From NCBI GenBank assembly GCA_002256025.1, contig NKIB01000089.1, positions 1 through 35,362 of the forward strand: 35,362 nucleotides of DNA, in the 5' to 3' direction. Each line of letters starts with the position of its first letter. Position 1 is the first letter of the stretch. This document shows positions 1 to 11,780 of this stretch, piece after piece. The notes beneath the pieces were generated by a model that was not told where the DNA came from, made no database searches, and saw nothing but the letters and a program-made list of their open reading frames with translations. The stretch comes from Asterionella formosa (Eukaryota). Position numbers and translations under genes: made by a program.

Positions 1-1600
1 TCACATCGGCCGGCCAGTCAAATATTTGTCGGAAACCAAATACAGCAAGCCATTATCATAATTATAACATCAATAGAATAATTGTCTTTCGGTATACTTT
101 CTACGGTTGTTGCACCTACATGGACCAAGCCAGCGGATGTTTGACGGTTACAATCCTCAAAACGAGCATACCGCGTCGTTTTCTTCCTTCCAATCATCGC
201 CACTTTCGGGTTGCACATTCCATAATGGAACGCAAGTTGCAGTTGTTCTACTGTTATATCGTACTTTGTACGTATGTTGAGAATAGATGGTTCGAAGAAA
301 AATGGGTCATTTTAATCTTTCTATATATACCGGTAATGTATACATGATTATGTAGCTTAGAGCAAGTCGCACAATAGGGCAATTGATCCGGAGAAAATCG
401 TAGTAGTGAAAATGGCCTCGGAAAAATTTGAATGATCGATGCAATTGTAACTAGACAGAGGGAGTACCTGGTACTATTAGTTGGGTGTGATGAGTTGCAT
501 TTCAGTTTTACCGGACACTTTGACATTTACTTAGGTCAGCTATGAAAAGGCTACAATAAATTCTACACATGAGTCGACGACAGGACGGAATCCAGAATCC
601 GTTCGAATGCCATACTGCCCTTGATGTCGAAATCGGCAGAACGACTTGGTCATAAATAATAATTTTTGTTTCTACATATACCAGTATATTAACCGGTATA
701 AATTATTATTATGTTCAAGGAGCATGGTGGTATGGTAGGTACCAATTAAAAACTGTAAGCCACTGTTATTTTACTCCATCTTACAACTAAAAAATATTCA
801 AGTAATATTACAATCGAAACCTGATGCAAGTACGAAGTGAATGTTACATGATGCAGTCTATGCGGATTATTATCATTTGTTCTATGCCCGATGAGTGGCA
901 ACAAGAGTTTGAGTTGAATCATGCTAAAACTTCAGACCGATCAATTCGCTCGGTTCTCACTTACTTCGAGAGTCAACAGTCGTTTAAGGACCGAAACAAG
1001 CACCTTTCCAAGAAACAGTTTTCAAACAATCACGCAAAAACTTCTTCGTAGAGTAATCGTGTGATGCATCAAGAAAACGAGCGTGTTTGTAATCAATTTT
1101 ACAACGAATATTTTATTCCAAGTGGTCATGGAAGAGCGTGTGCTATTGTCAATGCAGCCGGTTGAACATGGGATTATCAAGTGACTGTTTGTCATCAAGC
1201 TCTACAAACCAGTCGTACGTACCATGATTATCGTGGTCCTTGCCCAGTAAATCCTGAAGGTACACATACTTGGGGCAATTGTTTTCAGAATCCTCGTATG
1301 CTGGAACTATATTGGTTAAATATCAAACATTATTTGATGAAAAATTTAAAGTTTATCCTCATAAACAGGTATGTTTGGAATTATTATCAAATGACATTCC
1401 TCATAATCAACGAGCATATCCAGTCGCTCATATTCATTTAGAAGTTTTCAAAACCGAATTACAACGGTTGTGTGATGTTGAAGTCCTACAAAAATGTGGT
1501 GCTTCTAATGGGCCGCTTCCAATTTTATTATTCCTGAAAAGGATGGAATTTTCCAATGGGTGTCAGATTTTCTTGAACTCAATAAAGTCATCAATCGCAA

Positions 1601-2617
1601 GAAAGAATACAATTTTCGCGTAAAAGTGCAGAAACTGTCAGTCAGGGGAGTTCGTGATCATTTCCACGATGCGGAAATTTTATTCGTGTAAAGAACAAGC
1701 AGTGTATTGTTGAATGGCTGAAAGTATGTCTATAGTAAAATGTCAAGTGACCTTATCAAGATTCCATAGAAATACGGACCACGACAATTAGTGCTTACAT
1801 GAAACTCACTACAAAATTGACGTAGAGGTATTTCTTGCATCTTGAAATGTTGTGCCCCCTCCGAGAATACTGTCGCTCAAGTTTTCTCATCTATTTCTAC
1901 CAACATATAAAACCCTATCTAGTCAAAGTTATCAAGCTAATCACCGCAGACTCAACAACGTCTCGTTTTGGTCATATCTTCAAAACTGAGCAATTGACGA
2001 CCAAAAACAACTTCCAGCGCCGATTTCAACTTTTGCTGTCAATACTAGTGCAAAAAAAATTTATTATTGAACGATATTCTCGTATATATTAGTTTACATA
2101 CAAAATCGAAATGGGAATTGTTCAATGTCAGTTTTCGTGAAGATATATTCAAATCCATTATTTCGTCATCATCAATCAAGATTGAGTTGCTGTCTCATCG
2201 ACCCCATACCAGAGGCAGCTGTACAAAAATACATGCAAATACTACTGGTAGTACCCAGTAGTATGTATGCCAAGCATATCTAATATGAAACGCTATATAC
2301 ACGGAATTTACAAATTATATACAAGGTTTGTTGTACCAATGTATGATGTGTTCCATGTCGAAAACGAAAGTACATCTGATACATTTTACATCCGATTTCT
2401 TGTCAAAATGTACAGTAGTACAAATTTCTTTTTATTTTTCGATTTTCAATATACTAAGTAAAAAGAGTCATCGAAGATTTAGTTAGGAAACGTTTCTTTC
2501 ATTGATAGAGATTAATATTGATTTGCTACAAATTTAGTCAAAATAAGTAATCCCAAGTTCCCCTGACTAACTCATTATGCGATTTCGGACACTTTTATGC
2601 AAAAAGTGTAATGGACC
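1601..2617. mobile_element. Non-autonomous TIR DNA transposon (Mutator/MULE-like) inserted in the Gypsy RT
   Basis: Direct repeat TCAATCGCAA at 1591-1600 and 2618-2627; removing the insert restores NKVINRNIYPLPRIQ. Imperfect TIRs: left TACAATTTTCGCGTAAAAGTG..GAAA..AGTCAGGGGA versus reverse complement of right TACACTTTTTGCATAAAAGTG..GAAA..AGTCAGGGGA. The MULE label is inferred from TSD length. Confidence 0.85.
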
Positions 2618-3321
2618 TCAATCGCAATATATACCCTTTACCTCGAATACAAACTATTCTCATTAAACGTTCTGGACATGTATTTTTCACCAAATTGGAT
2701 GTTTCTATGCAATACTATACTTTCGCATTAGATGTGGAGAGTCAAAATTTGTGCGATATTTCAAATCCATTTAGTTTTTATAAATATTGACGTCTCCCTA
2801 ATGGGGGTGAAACAATCATCCGACATTGCACAAGAAAATATGGAACCGTTTCTTAGTGATTTAGATAATGTGGAAATTTATATGATGTGGGTCATTTATT
2901 GGACACTATTTTACATCGTTTACAGGCAAATGGTTTTACAATTAATCTAATTAAGTGTGAATGGACAGTCCAAGAAACAGATTGGTTAGGCTATTGGTCA
3001 ACTCCTAATGGACTGAAAAGTTGGACTAAAAAATTCCGAGCATTGATTAATATGTCTTCACCCACCAATCTTAAACAAGTCAGATCATTTCTTGGTGCTG
3101 TTGCGTACTATCGAGACATGTTTCCTTGACGATCTCATGTTCTTGGACCACTTACAGATTTAATTGGAACTAGTCCATTTGTCTGGTTACCTATACATCA
3201 ACAAGCCGTTGAAGAAATGAAAGCATTGTAAGTTGCAGATACACTCATGCGTTATCCTGATCATAATCTTCCTTTTCATATATTTACTGATGCCTTTGAT
3301 TAACAATTAGAGTCGGTCATT

Positions 3322-4179
3322 ATGCAAAATGATCTCCCAGTTGCTTATTATTCTCGCAAATTATCTGCTGCTCAAAAGAATTATACTACTATTGAAAAAG
3401 AATTACTTGCTGTGGTAGAAACTTTCAAAGAATTTCGCTCTATGTTATTGGGTGCAGTTCTACATGTTCATCCTGATCATCGAAATCCAATTTATAATAC
3501 TTTACATACTCAACGTGTTCTAAGATGGAGACTTTATATTGAAGAATATCATCCTACTTTTCACTATGTGAAAGGGACTGACAATGCTATTGCAGATTCC
3601 ATCTCTCGTCTCCCGAGGCTTGAGTCTTTGGTGGGGGATGATATTGGACCGAAATCTCCAGCATCAACATCCACTTGTACTTTTTCAATTGAATTAGATG
3701 ATGAACCTTTGCTTACCTGTTTCCTCAATCATCCTATCTTGACAGACAATATTCAATATCCTCTGGATTATAATTTAATACTTAATGGACAATTGCTGGA
3801 TATACAATTGATTCTCAATCAACAAACACATCCGTTAAAATTTCCCTCTATCAATTTTCATGATTTATATTTAATAAGTTTTGTGAAGAATCCAGGAGAT
3901 ACTTGGCGTTTTGCTATTCCTACATCACTATTGGATCCTATTATTAATTGGTATCATCAGATGTTAGCTCATGTGGGTATGACAAGATTAAATGCTGCAA
4001 TTGCTACACATTTTTATCACCCTACATTAAAAGCAAGAGTGGAACATATTGTAAGAGTATGTGAAGCATGTCAACGTGCAAAATTACCTGGTACTGGTTT
4101 TGGTGAACTTCCACCCAGGAATGCATTGTTATTACCATGGTCAGAAGTCGCAGTAGAATTAATTGTCCATGAAAGATAA
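3322..4179 (+). pseudogene. Gypsy pol fragment: RNase H plus integrase zinc-binding domain
   Basis: Longest surviving ORF (285 aa) with RNase H motifs, DHRN..Y, RVLRWRLYIEEY, KGTDNAIADSISR and the H2C2 integrase motif. Confidence 0.9.
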
Positions 4180-4850
4180 CATTGGCTGCTCAGCAAGCGA
4201 TTGAATTTCGTGCTCTAACTTTTACTGACACCACAGTCACCAATTTAGCAGAATTTTCATGTATCTATGAATAATAAAACATCAGAATATATTGCAATGA
4301 AATTTGAAAATGATCATTTGCCATGGTGCCTTTTCGGACAGAGAATTATGAAGCAAAACATAGACTACCTACGAAAGACTGGCTCCTATGTCTACAAGAA
4401 CATTTTCACATATAAAAATTCCGAGTCCAATATTTTGGCGACTGTTCTTGAAAAAGCCGTTTGGGTTGACTTTTTGGAGGAGGATTGCTCTAAATTTTCT
4501 TCTGGGGAGAAACTGCAGTTAGGTATCCTACATATTTTTAAGCTTCGTAGCCCCTTTTTGACTATTTCTTGGATAGTCACGATTCCTAGAGGGATAACAG
4601 CCACTTCTCTCCAGAAATGAGGTCCTTACCATATCTGAATATAAAATTACCCCTAAGTCAAGCAATGACTGAATCTAAGCATACTGTAAAATTCAGTGTC
4701 CTGGACCCCCCTTTACATTTTTCTCGAGGTGGAACCAAACACAAAATAATTTTCGTCATAGATCGTAAAAGAAGTAAAGTAAATAGCCCATTCTTACTCT
4801 CCTTTTTCAAGGCAAATATTTCATTGTGCTACCTGCTGACAAGACCTGTG

Positions 4851-5129
4851 CGTCCCTAGTTTTGTTAGAGTAGGTGAGTCCCCACCCACCTTTCGCGAAA
4901 GGTGATCATCTTAGCCTCAGCGTTAGGGGAAACTCCTACCGCCTAGGAAGGCGACACAGGCTGCTTGTAGGGGGGCAACCCACTATTTCTTGCACATCAG
5001 GCAAGACCGTGCGGGACGGTAAGGAGTGTGGGAGTCGAACCCAACAATTGCTTCTCAAAAAAATTGCGGGAATCGAACCTCACAACCTCAGATCAAAGGC
5101 AACGTGCTTAAACACTAAGCCATTCCCTC
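4851..5129 (-). mobile_element. tRNA-derived SINE-like element or tRNA pseudogene with a structured GC-rich body
   Basis: Minus strand: A-box-like TGGCTTAGTGT, CTTTGAT loop (Gln-like TTG), B-box GGTTCGATTCC, T7 run, a second B-box GGTTCGACTCC near 5031-5041, then about 170 nt of hairpins. Confidence 0.6.
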
Positions 5130-6041
5130 TGAACACATTTTACAACATGTTTTTAATTGAAAAAATTCTGAAGCATCCCAGATAGGCTATGTACTAGCTA
5201 AGCATGTGGGGCTGTATGAGAGGAGGTATCGTCATTCAAACTTGAAATTTTTAAATGTGCTTCTTGCTCGCTTTATAAAATGTAATGTTGATAGTATTTT
5301 CCTTAGCAAGTTAAAGAGCTTCTAGATAAATAATGCTTCTACATAAAATATGCGTGCTAACATGTCATGTGACTTTTTTTGAACTCGATACCGGATAAAA
5401 TTTATGTTTCAAATTTTTCTTTCAAAGTGCAACTAGCTTCATTTTTAGTGGATACATCATTTGCGACCACGCGCACCCTCTCTGACGAAAAAGTAACAAC
5501 ATATGTAAAATCTACTTTCATACATGGACAATCAAACTAGTAAAGTTGTGCACATCACGTAAACGATAGGAACTTTTCCGGTAGACATCAAGATTTCTCT
5601 TCCCTGTTTTTATGTGAAAATTCAAATTCATACATTGTATTCAAGACAGAATATTAGATGTTTCAAATAATTCCTTAATAAGTTCATTAATGCTTGTTTA
5701 TATGAAAGAATCATTCATAGCGACATGCAATTATAGTTCACAAAAAGTAACAATATTTAAGCACATGTTACAAGTGTTTCTTCAATGTCGTCTACAACAT
5801 ATACCAATGAGCGAATATATAAATTACCCAGGAGATGACAAAGTTAGATATAAGATTTCGCCACCATGATGCGGCACCAGGATGAACATTGTACATGGCC
5901 TATGAGCTTATAAAAGTATTCAATGTCAATTTGAAATTTAAAAAATTTTCATTGCATTTATCGTTTATAGAATATGTTTATGGATCCTTCTGGTTGGAAC
6001 TAATTCAAATGAGAAGCTGGAAGTTACAATGTTTCAAGGTG

Positions 6042-6114
6042 GGGGAATGGCTTAGTGGTTAGCACACCCACTGTTGTGGCGGGTTCGATTCCTGCATTCT
6101 CCACCTGTCTTTTT
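6042..6114 (+). pseudogene. tRNA-like Pol III unit (Gln-like D-arm, shortened anticodon arm)
   Basis: Acceptor stem GGGGAAT/ATTCTCC, A-box TGGCTTAGTGG, T-arm GCGGG-TTCGATT-CCTGC, TTTTT at 6110-6114. The anticodon arm is reduced to CCAC-TGTT-GTGG, so this is not a canonical tRNA. Confidence 0.7.
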
Positions 6115-7149
6115 CATGTAGTCCCTTGGGTTTTGGGAGGTGTGGCAGACGAGAATGCAGGTCCAGTTTTACGTACAGACGATTAAAACCGGTACTAATT
6201 GTGTCCATCTAGTATTTGGTGGGCCCGAGTGCAATTATTGGATAGCTTTTATGTGCTGTAGAATTTCATTGACATTTGCAATGTGTCAATGTGGTGTTGG
6301 TTCTCCCTCAGACAATGTCAGGAGTTTTAGCACACCTATCAATCCTCTAGTACCAAAACCAAGAGCACTGCACTGATGCATTCCAGGATGAAATCTGCAA
6401 TATTGGAGGTTTTATGGAGGGGCACTTTCTTCAAGAAGATGGTGGGCCACACACAAAACATCCTCACTTTCGTCGTTACTATTTTGATCGTTTGTCTTTT
6501 TCAATACCCAATTTTGGGCGCACTGGGGATGCATCGCATGGTGCACTCAATACAATGGGGATGCAACAAAGCAAAAGAGGTTGAGGCCCCTATATTTTGA
6601 AGTCCCAGGATCTCAGAATAACCTGGCACATATCTTTACCCAATCCTGGGCATTAGTATGATGAAAATTTCAATGAAAAAATTCATTGCCTACTTCTTGC
6701 TTGGTGGAAATGGTTATAAACAGAAGTGCATCCTGCTAGTAGCTAGCTAACAGATATCCCAATAAAAACTCTGTCAACATGGCCTGGCTGATTCTAGCCA
6801 CCAGTAGCTGGTACTGGGGGAGCATCCTCCAGGAAGGTTTGACTTCCATCAATTTGTGGTATGGCAGGAAGCAGGGCGCGTAGCGATCCCCTACACTAAT
6901 ATTATGTACTATGATTGAGAACATTTGATTGCGCAAACAATAGCGCGTTCTTTCCGGCTCGACAGGCTGACATCAGTCTCCCTTTGCGGCCCGAAAAGAA
7001 AACCTTAAACATTTCTTTAACGTCGTTGGACAGTACTTTTTCTCCTGAATAAAAGAACTATATTTGTACAAGGAGAATAATTGAAATTTGAACTAGTAAT
7101 GTTTAATCATGTGCCAGTCACAATATGAAAAATTCCACCTACAAATATC

Positions 7150-9275
7150 ACCAGTCTGGACTGGAAGTACTCAATACTGCTTCCAGCCATGGAATGATGT
7201 AAACAGCAATCAACACAATGATAGACATCCATGGAGCATACTATACAACATGTCCGAGTCTTTGTTTTTTAGTCTACACATGCACTTTGGGGGTGGGAAC
7301 TGTCAGCATCCACAAGAACCTCTGTCCCGAAAAATTTCTTGCCTGTGGGTACTACTAGCTAGCCGGAAAACTCTGTGCTCGGCATTTTTGTCAATCTCGA
7401 CAACCTTCTAGGCGATTCTCCTTCATCTTCTTCTTTCTAATAAGGATTACATACCAATGCCTCTGAAAAAAGCTTGCGAAAACCGATCATGCCATCAATC
7501 TCCTCCTTGCAGAAGTGTTTATATGCCAGAATGGCATTTACTTCCACGACTGTCAGGAGGAATGCAAGCACTCTAGCTATTTGTCCACCATTTTGTCGCC
7601 CATACCACCTCTAAACTGATTGGGGAATGCCTCTTTGCATTATGATCGTCAGCAGCATGCTAAAACTTGTAGTGGTTGTGGAAACCTCAATATATGTAAC
7701 CTGCTATTTTTGGCGCCTTGTTCCTTGGTTATAAGGTCCGCCCCATAGATAGACATTAGAGACATCACGTCGTCTGGTTCCTTCGTGCAATAGTTCTATG
7801 TATGGAGCGAAGGGGATGTTGTCTAGTTTTCCTGGACAGGCATCGTCTGCAAAGCCACATTTAAAGCTTTCAAATTGTGACTTGATTTCTTCACCTCGGA
7901 TGTATTTCGGCCAGAAGCGGCGTTTCCTTATCAGTGGGATGCATACAACCCCTTCTTCCTTAATTCGATGATTCCCTTCAGTAAAAAAATCCGCTGTCAA
8001 GAATGCTTATCCTTGCTGATCCTCAAATCGATTTTGAGAGTCGAAGCAATAGCCCAACAGTATTCCCACCAAAATCATCAAACTCTTGATGTTGTTGTGA
8101 TTGGCACCAGGCAGCATCCACTATTTCCATTGAAAACATGATTCCTGTATTGCCGCAGCAAACTGTGTGGTATTCATTTCCGAATGCCCAAGGCTTTTGG
8201 AGAATGAACATGAATCTGGGACAGGTATGCATGTTTGTCCATGTAGACATTGATTTGTCTAAACATACAATGTGTCCTGGCTTTAAATTATTTTGCATGT
8301 TTCAATCATTTCCCTTACTTCATGAAAATGGTTCAGATAGTCAGGTGCTGGCCAAATTATGTAGTCTATAATCTTAAGAATTGAATCAAATCGAATCGAA
8401 TCGATCACAAGACATGAGGTTATTTAGCCGAAATGAGGTATTGTCGAAAATATAGGTAGGTGCAACTGACCAAAAATCATACCGTTTTCTTCCCTGCGTT
8501 GTTGCCATTAAAAACCATATTCGAATCCATCTTAGTTGCTCGCCACCCATATGTAACAGATTAGCCCTGACAACTCTATCTTGAGATTAATTATAAACAA
8601 AAAATTATATTTCAAGAACTCATGAGAAAAATAACTCTGTCAATTGGAAGACAGTCGATTTCAACTGAGTTGAAAATGATGAAAGTCTTGGATTGTTGCA
8701 ATTTGATGCACCCATCAGTCTCCTGTAGCAAATTCCTGAGTGTTCCCACTCATCCACAAACAAATGGTTTATTACTTCATTGGAATGAACAACATTTTCA
8801 GGTGCTGGGGCATGGTCATCATCAATAGCAACAAATCCAGCTGCAAGTGCAACATCATCAGCATCATAAATTGTGCCAGTATGTTCGAAAAGTTTGAAGA
8901 GCTTGGAAGAAGGCATCTCTTCATCTTATACTGCTGCTTCCTCAGGTACATAATTGCCTTCACCATACTAGTAAAAGTAGCCTGAATCACACTCAGAAAT
9001 GATCTTGAAGTGCTTTTCAAGAGCATACAGCCCAGTCGTATCAGTATCATCCACAGTCCTGGGAGCTGTGACTTCCCATCACAATGGTGGCTAGCCATCA
9101 CCTCTTTGCTACCTCTAATTTTCTTGAGCTCTCTCTGCAGAATTGTCATTCTTTCAAGTCGAAGACCTTTTTGAATTTTCAGATGATGATTTCGGACCCA
9201 CAGTGAGGGTTGAATGTACTTGGAAAGGCATGAAGCAGCACCTTTGCCCATGGTCAATTTTCGTTTTCGCCCCAT
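7150..9275 (-). pseudogene. piggyBac-like (DDE_Tnp_1_7-type) transposase pseudogene
   Basis: Frameshifted fragments CLDKSMSTWTNMHTCP..KPWAFGNEYHTVCCG (first catalytic D), ILDSGF..LKGIIELRKKG (second D), RKRRFWPKYIRGEEI, and C-terminal Cys-rich TRTCCIVCS..YHCVDCCLHH near 7190-7265. ATG at 9275 (MGRKRKLT). TTAA termini not located. Confidence 0.85.
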
Positions 9276-9661
9276 CCTGCACAGGAGACGTCTGCAAATA
9301 GAAAACATCTAATTCATGTGATGCATCTTACAATGGCGATCATATGATCATATACATTCGATTTATCATCTAATATGAATTATTTATATCGTCATGGAGA
9401 ATATTGTATGTATATATATGTATTGATACATGAATTTTTGAATGTATACCATCACTGGCTGCAAACATCAACAACCGGTCAATCTGAATTTGAATCATTA
9501 GTGTTGCATGAGTAGGACAGTCGTACATGGGTATATATACATATCTACTACTGTACCAATCTATAGTTTAGAAGACATAATAGATATGCATGTTCGAGTC
9601 TACCATTGTGTGAGTACGGGTACCAGGTACTACTGTCTATTGTATCATCTGTTGTACTAGT

Positions 9662-9931
9662 ACCAATATGTTGCACAGATATTTTTGTATGTAAACGTAT
9701 GTACACAATTGATTTGAATTTAAATCATGCCCATCATAGGGATATCTCTATATGAACCGGTAGCACACATATTTTTGCATTCAAACGTACGTACCAGTAT
9801 ACGATTGATTTGAATTTAAATCATGTCCATCAATGTGATACCTTTATACCGGTATGTTGCACAGATATTTGTATGTAAACGTACTACGTGTACGATTGAT
9901 TTGAATTTGAATCATGCCCATGATAGGGATA
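9662..9931. repeat. Tandem repeat, about 92-95 bp x3
   Basis: Repeated GCACAGATATTT..TAAACGTA..ATTGATTTGAATTT(A/G)AATCATG(C/T)CCAT starting near 9667, 9759 and 9851. Confidence 0.9.
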
Positions 9932-9974
9932 GGATTAGGTAGTGACTTTGGTATACCGGTATCTAAAAAGGTGA

Positions 9975-10231
9975 TTGAGGGTACGCAATATCACGTAGTC
10001 ATACAACAATGTGGCATTGGTATCTGTTGGTGATGAAGGGGACGCAATAACACTTTCTTGTACAAACAAGGTGACATTGGTATCTATTGTCACCTCGTAC
10101 TCAGGCTACAACACGTTCTTGTACAGACAAGGTGATGACATTGGTATCTATTGGTGACGGAGGGGACGCAATAACACGTTGTTCTCGTACAAACAAGGTG
10201 ACATCGATGTCTATTGTCACCTCGTACTGAG
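9975..10231. repeat. Tandem repeat, about 60 bp x4 in A-B-A-B order
   Basis: Core ACAAGGTGACATTGGTATCTATTG followed alternately by GTGA..GGGGACGCAATAACAC or TCACCTCGTACT.AGG. Confidence 0.9.
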
Positions 10232-10632
10232 GTTAAAAGTAAGATCAAACGAGCTAAAAGTTGTTATCTGTGATCTTATTTATTGGCAATAATATCTAAC
10301 CAGAAAGTATGATCTGTAATATTTTAGTAGTAAGATATATTCATGTTAAAAGTAAGATCAAAAAAGCGAAAGATTGTTATCTGTGATCTTATTTATTGGC
10401 AATCGTTTCTAACCAAAGTATGATCTGTAATTTTTTAGTAGTAAGATCAATAAAGCTAAAAATTGTTATCTGTGATCTTATTTATTGGCAATCGATTCTA
10501 ACCAAAGTAAGATGTGTAATTTTTTATTAGTAAGATATATTCATGTTAAAAGTAAGATCAAAAAAGCGAAAGATTGTTATCTGTGATCTTATTTATTGGC
10601 AATCATTTCTAACCTGGAGGTATGATCAGTAA
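10232..10632. repeat. Tandem repeat, about 95-113 bp x4
   Basis: AGTAAGATCAA..TTGTTATCTGTGATCTTATTTATTGGCAAT..TCTAACC units starting near 10232, 10345, 10440 and 10545. Confidence 0.95.
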
Positions 10633-11584
10633 TTCATAAAGATTGATTCGAGCAATTCATCTACTGGTAAATATTTTATGATTTGTACCATATGAAACAT
10701 TTCGTATGACTCCCGCTTATTGAGGGGCTTCATTAAATTACTTACTTGTAGTTACAAGAATTGATGTGGAAAAATTCAAAAACAGTACATCAGGTTGTGT
10801 AAAACAATGATATCCTCATGCATTGTATATATTTGAATTATGTATAAGCTTAACTGATGATAGTATACACATTATATGCATATATTTATATGTTTTCAAA
10901 ATTTTATATATAAACATAGCCTATATATACATTTGAAATCTTGTTTAGAGGTTCCTTGTTATGCATACCGGTAACACATGATCCTGAAATGAATGATAAT
11001 CTCTGCCCTGTGACAAGGAAAACTGAAAGAACGACGCTTAAACGCACCCAATGATGATAAACCTTGCGGCTTAGAAGGATTGAAAATGGAAAAGTGAACT
11101 GAATCTAGCTATGGTATGTCAAGAGTACATGCCAAGGTGATCAATTGTTGGGTTCACAAAGACTAAATGATTGCCTTTTTCCCTAGCAATTCAAAAGCAC
11201 ATTTCGCATTCAGCAGGATACCACCAATGTCGACCAAAAACTTGTAAATGCTCTTGTTGGATCAATGAGCCATTGTTAGAACATCACTGACACATGTTTG
11301 TTTTTCAATCTTTCAGGATAATTTTAATCAAAGAGTTTTGTTGTAAGTTATAAATGACATTGGAGGAACGGTTTATTGATTTGTACTTGTGTGATCATTG
11401 ACTGACACATTATTTTACTGAATTATGCGAAAAGTTCATCGATTCCTGGTAAGTGGAGCATGCTAAGAAAATGGGACTGCAGTGTTGAGACATAAAACAT
11501 GGCCAACGAGCAAGTAATTCAGAATCGGATCAAAAGGAAATGGGATTTGCAGCATGAGGTCAGATGAGTTTCATAATCAGAGTG

Positions 11585-11780
11585 GAAGGGAGGCGGGAGG
11601 TATGCATCAAGAGATTTGAAGGCAGGAGGCAATGCATCCTCAAGAGCATTGAAGGGAAGCAGGGGAGAGGCAGGCATCCTCACGAGCATTGAAGGGAAGC
11701 AGGAGGCATGTATCAAGAGCATTGAAGGGAGGCGGGAGGCGGGAGGCGGGAGGCGGGAGGCATGAATCAAGAGCATTGAG
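11585..11780. repeat. Purine-rich minisatellite (about 33-42 bp) containing (GGGAGGC)x5
   Basis: Repeated GAAGGGA(A)GC.GGAGGCATG.ATC..CAAGAGCATT; heptamer run at 11727-11761. Confidence 0.9.

Larger units (their letters stand above)
824..4313 (+). mobile_element. Decayed Ty3/Gypsy LTR-retrotransposon internal region (gag, RT, RNase H, integrase), interrupted at 1601-2617
   Basis: gag-like SMPDEWQQEF and knuckle-like CPVNPEGTHTWGNC; RT start ([81 protein letters not shown]); RNase H (PVAYYSRKLSAAQKNYTTIEKELLAVV); integrase H2C2 (HQMLAHVG...CEACQRAK) and start of core (PWSEVAVELI). RT-RH-INT order is Gypsy. Many stops and frameshifts, YxDD destroyed near 2879, protease missing, integrase truncated near 4313, no LTRs recognised. 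Confidence 0.93.

Noticed and set aside
1..820. Gypsy 5' LTR and primer-binding site
   Set aside because: No second LTR copy in the window and no convincing TG...CA plus PBS.
4985..5001. Hammerhead core on the minus strand (CTGATGT..GAAA)
   Set aside because: CUGANGA is not matched and there is no stem II; the motif is just a hairpin loop.
5060..5129. Functional tRNA-Gln
   Set aside because: The anticodon and acceptor stems do not pair properly.
9975..10632. CRISPR-like array
   Set aside because: The intervening sequences are themselves repeated rather than unique spacers, there are no cas genes, and the context is eukaryotic.
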